From assembly GCA_947629025.1 (NCBI GenBank), contig CANRCC010000004.1, positions 3,300 to 67,299 of the forward strand: a stretch of 64,000 nt of DNA, given 5' to 3'. This stretch comes from an uncultured Bacilli bacterium (lineage in GTDB: Bacteria; Bacillota_I; Bacilli_A; RF39; UBA660). Shown here one piece after another: positions 58,559 to 64,000 of this stretch (positions within the stretch are counted from its first letter, which is position 1; the number at the start of each line of letters is the position of its first letter). The notes beneath the pieces are model-generated. The model did not search any database. It had not been told where the DNA came from and worked only from the letters and a program-made list of their open reading frames with translations. The position numbers and the translations under genes were made by a program.

Positions 58559-59230
58559 TTTTTTATCTGAAACTTGCTTTTTTATTATTCTAATTAAATT
58601 TAAGTGATGAATTTTAGATGCTAATTGTCCTTTTGGAAGTTGAAGAAGCAAGTTTTCGTACTTAAGTAATTTCTTATTATAATATTCATAAAATAATTCA
58701 TTTTTATCTTCTAGTATTCTAGGGCCAAAATATATTTCATCATAACTATATTTTTCTATTCCTCTAACAAACTTAATTACTGTATAAATTATATCTTTAT
58801 CTTTAACTAATACCTCTTCTTCTATTTTAAATCCTAGTTTTATAACAAATTTTCTAAGTTTTACAATATCAGTATTAGATTGAATAATTATAGTATTTAT
58901 ATTTTGCATTTTTTCTGGATTAGTTAATATATCCTCTATAGTATAAAATCCCATACCAGATATAATTATTGTATCAACCTCATTATTATCTATTACATCA
59001 AGTCCATCGCCTAATCTTAAATCTATTTTACCGTCTAAATTATATTTTTCTATATTTTTCTTAGCTTGTTTAACCGCACCTTCATGTATATCTGATGCGA
59101 TTATACTAACATTTTTTAAATTTTGATATAAATATATATCAAGAAGAGCATGATCACAACCAATATCTATTATTTTACTATTATCAGATACAAATTGTGT
59201 AATTGCTTTTAATCTTTTTGAAAGTCTCAT
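58544..59230 (-). CDS. trmK: tRNA (adenine22-N1)-methyltransferase TrmK-like
   Basis: IIDIGCDHALL SAM motif, about 228 aa, downstream of sigA as B. subtilis yqfN. ATG 59230 (MRLSKRL) is preferred. Confidence 0.8.
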   Translation of the reverse strand: MRLSKRLKAITQFVSDNSKIIDIGCDHALLDIYLYQNLKNVSIIASDIHEGAVKQAKKNIEKYNLDGKIDLRLGDGLDVIDNNEVDTIIISGMGFYTIEDILTNPEKMQNINTIIIQSNTDIVKLRKFVIKLGFKIEEEVLVKDKDIIYTVIKFVRGIEKYSYDEIYFGPRILEDKNELFYEYYNKKLLKYENLLLQLPKGQLASKIHHLNLIRIIKKQVSDKKEPTK

Positions 59231-59231
59231 A

Positions 59232-60320
59232 TTAATCAACCAAGTAATCTTTTAATTTTTTACTTCTAGACGGATGACGAAGTTTACGAAGTGCTTTTGC
59301 CTCTATTTGTCTTATTCTTTCTCTTGTAACACCAAATATAGTTCCAACTTCTTCTAATGTTCTACAAGTTCCATCAACAAGACCAAATCTTAATTTTATT
59401 ACTTGTTCCTCTCTTTCTGTTAATGTTAATAATAATTCTGAGATTTCATCTTTTAATACTTCGTTAATAGCATATTCTTCTGGGCTTAAACTATTTTCAT
59501 CTCTAACAAAATCTCCTAAGTGACTATCTTCTTCTTCTCCAATTGGAGTTTCAAGTGATAATGGATCTAATGATATTTTAATTATTTCACGAACCTTATC
59601 TTCTGTTATACCAAGTTTTTGAGCTATTTCTTCTTCTGTTGGTTCTCTATCTAAATCAAGAGTTAATTGTCTTTGTACTCTTTTTAACTTATTAATAGTT
59701 TCAACCATATGAACTGGAACTCTTATTGTTTTTGCTTGATCTGCGATTGCTCTTGTTATTGCTTGTCTAATCCACCAAGTAGCATACGTACTAAACTTAT
59801 ATCCTTTTGATGAATCAAATTTATCTACTGCTTTCATAAGACCAATATTACCTTCTTGTATTAAATCAAGGAATGATAAGTTTCTTCCAACATATCTTTT
59901 AGCAATTGAAACAACAAGTCTAAGATTTGATTCTGCAAGAAGTGCTTTTGCTTCTTCATCACCCTCTTCTATTCTTTTTGATAACTCTAATTCTTCTTCT
60001 AATGATAAAAGACTAATTCTACCTATTTCTTTTAGATACATTCTAACTGGGTCATTAATACTTAAATTTTTAGGTAAAGATGCTTCATCTAAAGATAAAT
60101 CAATATTTCCATTATCATCATCTGAATCTCCAACCTCACTATCTTCTACAACCTCAATATTATTATCATTTAAAAAGTTATATAATTCATCTAGGCTTTC
60201 TGAATCCATTTCTAAACCTTTTAAACTTTCAGCAAGTTCTTCAAATGTTAGAAAACCATTTTCTTTTCCTTTCTTTAATAGTTCTTTTTTTCTTTCTTCA
60301 AATGTTTTTATTTCTTCCAT
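59232..60320 (-). CDS. rpoD: RNA polymerase primary sigma factor
   Basis: 362 aa. Acidic region 1, region 2 ([17 protein letters not shown]) and the region 4.2 HTH ([28 protein letters not shown]). Confidence 0.95.
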   Translation of the reverse strand: MEEIKTFEERKKELLKKGKENGFLTFEELAESLKGLEMDSESLDELYNFLNDNNIEVVEDSEVGDSDDDNGNIDLSLDEASLPKNLSINDPVRMYLKEIGRISLLSLEEELELSKRIEEGDEEAKALLAESNLRLVVSIAKRYVGRNLSFLDLIQEGNIGLMKAVDKFDSSKGYKFSTYATWWIRQAITRAIADQAKTIRVPVHMVETINKLKRVQRQLTLDLDREPTEEEIAQKLGITEDKVREIIKISLDPLSLETPIGEEEDSHLGDFVRDENSLSPEEYAINEVLKDEISELLLTLTEREEQVIKLRFGLVDGTCRTLEEVGTIFGVTRERIRQIEAKALRKLRHPSRSKKLKDYLVD

Positions 60321-60321
60321 A

Positions 60322-62058
60322 TTACATACTCTCCTTCTTTTTTATATCAACAATTTCTTTTGCTATTTCTTTTCTTGTTATTTCATTTGTTTCTGTTTTT
60401 AATTTATTTAATAAATCATTTATTTTCTTTTTTGATATATATTCTTTTATTGTTTTAAAATAGCTATTTAATTCATCTACATTTTCACATAATTTAATAG
60501 GCATATTATCTATTTTAACTAAAATATTTATTAAATCTTTTTTATCTTCTAAATATACAATAAAATCATTTATATTAAAGCTCTCAAATTTTTTATAAAA
60601 TAATACTATTTCATTTGCTAATTTTTTATATAATGGATCTGGTAAATATGATAAATTATCATAATAATAAAGTATATAGTTATTATTTTTTATCATATTA
60701 TAGATTATATTATCAGATGCTTTAATATATTTATCTATCTTATTATTTGTATAATTGTGATTTTTTATAATTATTTTATCTATATCTTTTTTATTTATTT
60801 TAGATGATATTGTATCTATGCTTATTCCTGTTAGTTGTGATACTTTTTTTATTTCTAGATTTCTTACAATATCATCATCTATCATTTCAAGTTCTGGTAT
60901 TATTAAATTTATATATTTTGATACATCTTCACTATTATTAAAATCAATATTTTCTTTGTAAGAATCTAATTTATAGCTTGTCCTTGTCATTGGATGAGAT
61001 AAATGATAGTTCATTTTATCTGCTCCATTTTTTAATATATATTCATCTGGATCTAAATTATCTTCTAATCTTACTACTTTAATTGATGCATCACTATTAT
61101 TAAATAGTTCAAGAAATGATTTTGTTGCCTTATCACCAGCAGAATCTCCATCAAACATAACAATTATATTAGGTGATAACTTTCTAATAAGTGATGCTTG
61201 ATATTTTGTTACTGCTGTACCCATAGTCGCAACTACATTTCTTATTCCAATAGTAGATAATCTTATAACATCCATAAATCCCTCTACAACTATTATGTTT
61301 TTTTTAATTCTTGCTTCTTTTTTAGCAATATGATAATTATATAATAAATTACCTTTTTTAAATAATTGTGTTTCCATAGTATTTATATATTTATTTTCAG
61401 ATGAATTATCATATACTCTTCCAGAAAATGCGATTATATTACCCTCTAAATCAAATAAAGGAAACATAATTCTATCTTTATATAAATCATGTATATAATC
61501 TTTATTTTTAACACATACACCAGATTTTAATATATCATCTTCACTAAAGCCTTTGCTTTTTAATATATCTATTACTTGTGTATTCATTGTAGATAGACCT
61601 ATTTTAAATTCTTTTATAACAGAATCATCAATTTGTCTATTTTTTAAATATTCTTTTGCCTTTTTACCATAATTTGTATTAAGATTGTTTTGATAAAATT
61701 TAGATGTTATATCATATATATCATATAATGGTGATTTAACAATATTACTTTTATCAATATTTCCAATATCAATATCAATTCCAGTTTTATTAGCGACAAT
61801 TTTAACAGCTTCATAATAAGATACTTTTTCATATTCAGATACGAAGTTAAATACATTACCAGATGCCCCGCATACAAAACATCTATACATCTGTCTATCT
61901 GCAGATACACTCATACTAGGATTATGATCATCGTGAAAAGGACAAATTCCAAAAAAGTTTTTTCCTTTTTGAGTTAATGAAACATAATCTCTAATTACAT
62001 CTACAATATTAACTTTTCTTTGAATACTAAGTATCTCTTCATAAGAAACCTTAGCCAT
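60322..62058 (-). CDS. dnaG: DNA primase
   Basis: 578 aa. Zinc finger [30 protein letters not shown] and TOPRIM motifs ([17 protein letters not shown]). Confidence 0.95.
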   Translation of the reverse strand: MAKVSYEEILSIQRKVNIVDVIRDYVSLTQKGKNFFGICPFHDDHNPSMSVSADRQMYRCFVCGASGNVFNFVSEYEKVSYYEAVKIVANKTGIDIDIGNIDKSNIVKSPLYDIYDITSKFYQNNLNTNYGKKAKEYLKNRQIDDSVIKEFKIGLSTMNTQVIDILKSKGFSEDDILKSGVCVKNKDYIHDLYKDRIMFPLFDLEGNIIAFSGRVYDNSSENKYINTMETQLFKKGNLLYNYHIAKKEARIKKNIIVVEGFMDVIRLSTIGIRNVVATMGTAVTKYQASLIRKLSPNIIVMFDGDSAGDKATKSFLELFNNSDASIKVVRLEDNLDPDEYILKNGADKMNYHLSHPMTRTSYKLDSYKENIDFNNSEDVSKYINLIIPELEMIDDDIVRNLEIKKVSQLTGISIDTISSKINKKDIDKIIIKNHNYTNNKIDKYIKASDNIIYNMIKNNNYILYYYDNLSYLPDPLYKKLANEIVLFYKKFESFNINDFIVYLEDKKDLINILVKIDNMPIKLCENVDELNSYFKTIKEYISKKKINDLLNKLKTETNEITRKEIAKEIVDIKKKESM

Positions 62059-62185
62059 AAAAAATCACTTCCATAATATATATTCTCCATTTGTTTAAAA
62101 AAATCCCCTAAAAATTACATATTTTTTTAATTTTTTGCATATTTTTTACATTTTTTAGTATATTTCAACTAGAAAGGAACATAAT

Positions 62186-62719
62186 ATGAATTTAAAAATA
62201 ATTAAAATATTAAGCATATTTGTAATATTTTTATTAGGTTTTATTACACACTTCATATATGATATTTTTCCAAATACAATAACATCTTTCTTTTTTCCAG
62301 TAAATGAATCTATATTTGAACATTTAAAAATAATATATGTTAGCTATTTATTATGGGCATTAATTGAATATTTTTTATTAAAAAAAGAAAATTATTTAAA
62401 AAATTTCCCATCATCTTTATTTTTATCAATAATATTTAATATGATTATATTACTAGCAATATATATACCTATTTATAATACTTTTGGTCATAATATATAT
62501 ATAACATTACTAATTTATCTTATATCAATAGCAATTTCTCAAATAATTAGTTATTATATTTTAAAATCTAATAAAGATTTTAAGTTTTTAAATAAATATG
62601 CTTATATATTTTTATTAATACTTATAATGGTTCTTATTTACCTTACTTATTATCCACCAAATATAGATATATTTATTGATAAAATGAATAATAAAAAAGG
62701 ACTAAATAATATTTATTAG
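62186..62719 (+). CDS. Hypothetical polytopic membrane protein
   Basis: 177 aa with about 5 TM helices and RBS AGAAAGGAA. Convergent with the downstream surface protein gene. Confidence 0.6.
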   Translation: MNLKIIKILSIFVIFLLGFITHFIYDIFPNTITSFFFPVNESIFEHLKIIYVSYLLWALIEYFLLKKENYLKNFPSSLFLSIIFNMIILLAIYIPIYNTFGHNIYITLLIYLISIAISQIISYYILKSNKDFKFLNKYAYIFLLILIMVLIYLTYYPPNIDIFIDKMNNKKGLNNIY

Positions 62720-62727
62720 TCCTTTTT
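62695..62727. terminator. Bidirectional intrinsic terminator between convergent genes
   Basis: Stem aaaaggactaa/ttagtcctttt (about 62695-62726) with flanking A and T runs. Both stop codons (62717-62719 on + and 62716-62718 on -) lie inside it. Confidence 0.65.
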
Positions 62728-64000
62728 CTTTTTTTCTACTTTTTCTTCTTTTTTATCTGATTTTTCTACAGTTTTATCTTTTATCTTCTTTGTATCTATT
62801 TGTATTGTGTCTGATAATGTATCTATTGTTTCTGGTTTTTCTATTTTTTGTTTCTTTTTAAATATTTTCTTTAATACTTCTTTTTTACATAGGAAGAATC
62901 CAAGTACAATACCAAGTGTAAATGTTACAAGCATACATACTGAAAATATTATCCATTCTCTTGAACTTGTTACATCTGGACAAGTTTGAACTATTTTCTT
63001 TTCTTCTTTTTCTCTTGTTACAGTAATAACATATGTTTCAGTATTTTGTGTATCTTCACTAGTTACTGTTATTTTAATTGTATTTTTACCTACTTTGAAA
63101 TTTTTATTTCCATCTATTTCAATAGTAGCATTTGGATTTTCTGCTTCTGTTTTTATACTTAATTTTTTTACTTTATATGGTACTGATAAAGTAAATTTCT
63201 TTTGTCCCTCAGAAAAATCAATATCATAATCTTTAACTTCAATATTTTTAAGAACAGTACTTGCTTTTAATTTTTCTTCTTCTGTTGGAGTCATGGTTAA
63301 ATTTACTTTAATTGTATAAGTTTTAGTTGCTGCTCCATTTTCTGCGGTTACTGATATTTTAATGATATTTTCTCCTTTAACAAGATTTTTATAGTTATCT
63401 GATATCATTATTTTAGCATTTGAATCAGTAGCAGCAGCATTTATTGTTATTTCAGTAATATCTTTTATATCTGCTGAATATTCAGTTACATTTTTATCAA
63501 ATTTTGGAGTCAATGTAGTATTTGGTATTTTAAGTGAACTTAAACTTGCATCTGTTCCAAGAGCATTTATATTAATCATTGAACTTATATTTGTTATATT
63601 TTTTGCATCTACTGGACCAGTAAGTGCATTTACTCCAGAACTAGTTAATGTAAGATTAGTACTTCCTGCTTGTGCATTTGACTTTACTCCAAATACTATG
63701 GTTGCTAATGTTTCATTATTACTTATTGTTGAAACATTACCCTTAGTTATAACTATTGGATTTACTGGGTTAATATTTGAGTTTTCAGAAGTTGATGATT
63801 TATACTCTAATTTTGATGAATCATATTGAAGATTAACAGTATAAGCATTTAAAGAATCTTCTCTTATACCTTCAGCTTTTATATAAACAGTAACCTCTCC
63901 TCCAGGTTTAACAGTATCTGGTGATCTATCCATTCTAAATGTTAATGCATAAGTATTTTTTGGAATCATAATCATTAAAAATGCAAAAAATATAAAATGC
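62716..64000 (-). CDS. Surface protein: cohesin-like domain plus two cadherin-like beta-sandwich domains, C-terminal TM anchor; 5' end outside window
   Basis: The frame stays open upstream of the ATG at 63975 (..HFIFFAFLMIMIPKNTYA looks like a signal peptide), so the start is beyond base 64000. There are two copies of the L..L...L.P.F....EY...V......I.A.....A....G.N.I.I.VTAE.G....Y.I.V pattern, then TM helix WIIFSVCMLVTFTLGIVLGFFLC and a K-rich tail. Confidence 0.7.
   Translation of the reverse strand, partial: HFIFFAFLMIMIPKNTYALTFRMDRSPDTVKPGGEVTVYIKAEGIREDSLNAYTVNLQYDSSKLEYKSSTSENSNINPVNPIVITKGNVSTISNNETLATIVFGVKSNAQAGSTNLTLTSSGVNALTGPVDAKNITNISSMININALGTDASLSSLKIPNTTLTPKFDKNVTEYSADIKDITEITINAAATDSNAKIMISDNYKNLVKGENIIKISVTAENGAATKTYTIKVNLTMTPTEEEKLKASTVLKNIEVKDYDIDFSEGQKKFTLSVPYKVKKLSIKTEAENPNATIEIDGNKNFKVGKNTIKITVTSEDTQNTETYVITVTREKEEKKIVQTCPDVTSSREWIIFSVCMLVTFTLGIVLGFFLCKKEVLKKIFKKKQKIEKPETIDTLSDTIQIDTKKIKDKTVEKSDKKEEKVEKKKKD

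Noticed and set aside
778-62989. Many antisense or alternative-frame ORFs in the track: 778..1464, 2570..2794, 10872..11279, 15714..16118, 24307..24708, 24824..25111, 25012..25359, 27707..27901, 30490..30708, 31207..31434, 33462..33737, 36661..36870, 37102..37317, 38136..38327, 49400..49657, 49458..49715, 50771..51205, 54006..54257, 55879..56088, 60080..60463, 61707..61910, 62807..62989.
   Set aside because: Each lies wholly or mostly inside a well-supported gene on the other strand or frame. They lack RBS signals and have the Leu/Phe/Ile/Ser-rich composition expected from reading AT-rich coding DNA in the wrong frame.
1-64000. Search by eye for tRNA, rRNA, CRISPR, group II intron, retron/DGR or toxin-antitoxin pairs.
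   Set aside because: I noticed no tRNA- or rRNA-like sequence and no short regularly spaced repeat array. I found no reverse transcriptase or Cas-like ORF and no convincing small two-gene TA module. Absence is based on manual reading only.

Overview
Chromosomal core region of a very AT-rich Firmicute (roughly one quarter G+C by eye, not computed). It carries endospore genes and has Bacillus-like local gene order: secDF-relA-dtd, hisS-aspS-tcdA, radC-mreCD-spoIVFA/B-like, spoVID/ysxE-like, tig-lon, greA-yrrONM-yrzB-yrrK-yrzL-like, trmK-sigA-dnaG. I call about 57 protein genes, most of them housekeeping. Gene orientation flips at about 18.6-19.1 kb: 16 of 17 CDS lie on + before it and essentially all lie on - after it. 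A 28-bp dif-like XerCD site (19066-19093) sits at the flip, so the window probably spans the replication terminus. RNA and regulatory elements are a candidate 6S RNA downstream of aspS, a valS T-box leader, several near-consensus sigma-A type promoters and many intrinsic terminators, several of which enclose the stop codons. The most unusual content is an operon-like trio of paralogous genes (37454-41297, minus strand). They are built solely from about 15 copies of a ~75-aa helicase-associated (HA)-like repeat with no catalytic domain. The trio shows DNA-level concerted evolution and lies next to a 774-aa zinc-ribbon polytopic membrane protein. Other orphans are an 849-aa protein just downstream of mnmA and probably cotranscribed with it, an XRE-family gene abutting dif, a 669-aa tripartite membrane protein and several small hypotheticals. 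I saw no rRNA, tRNA, CRISPR array or prophage. The only mobile-element-like gene is an Rpn/YhgA-type nuclease. All calls come from reading the sequence and ORF track; no searches or folding programs were run.
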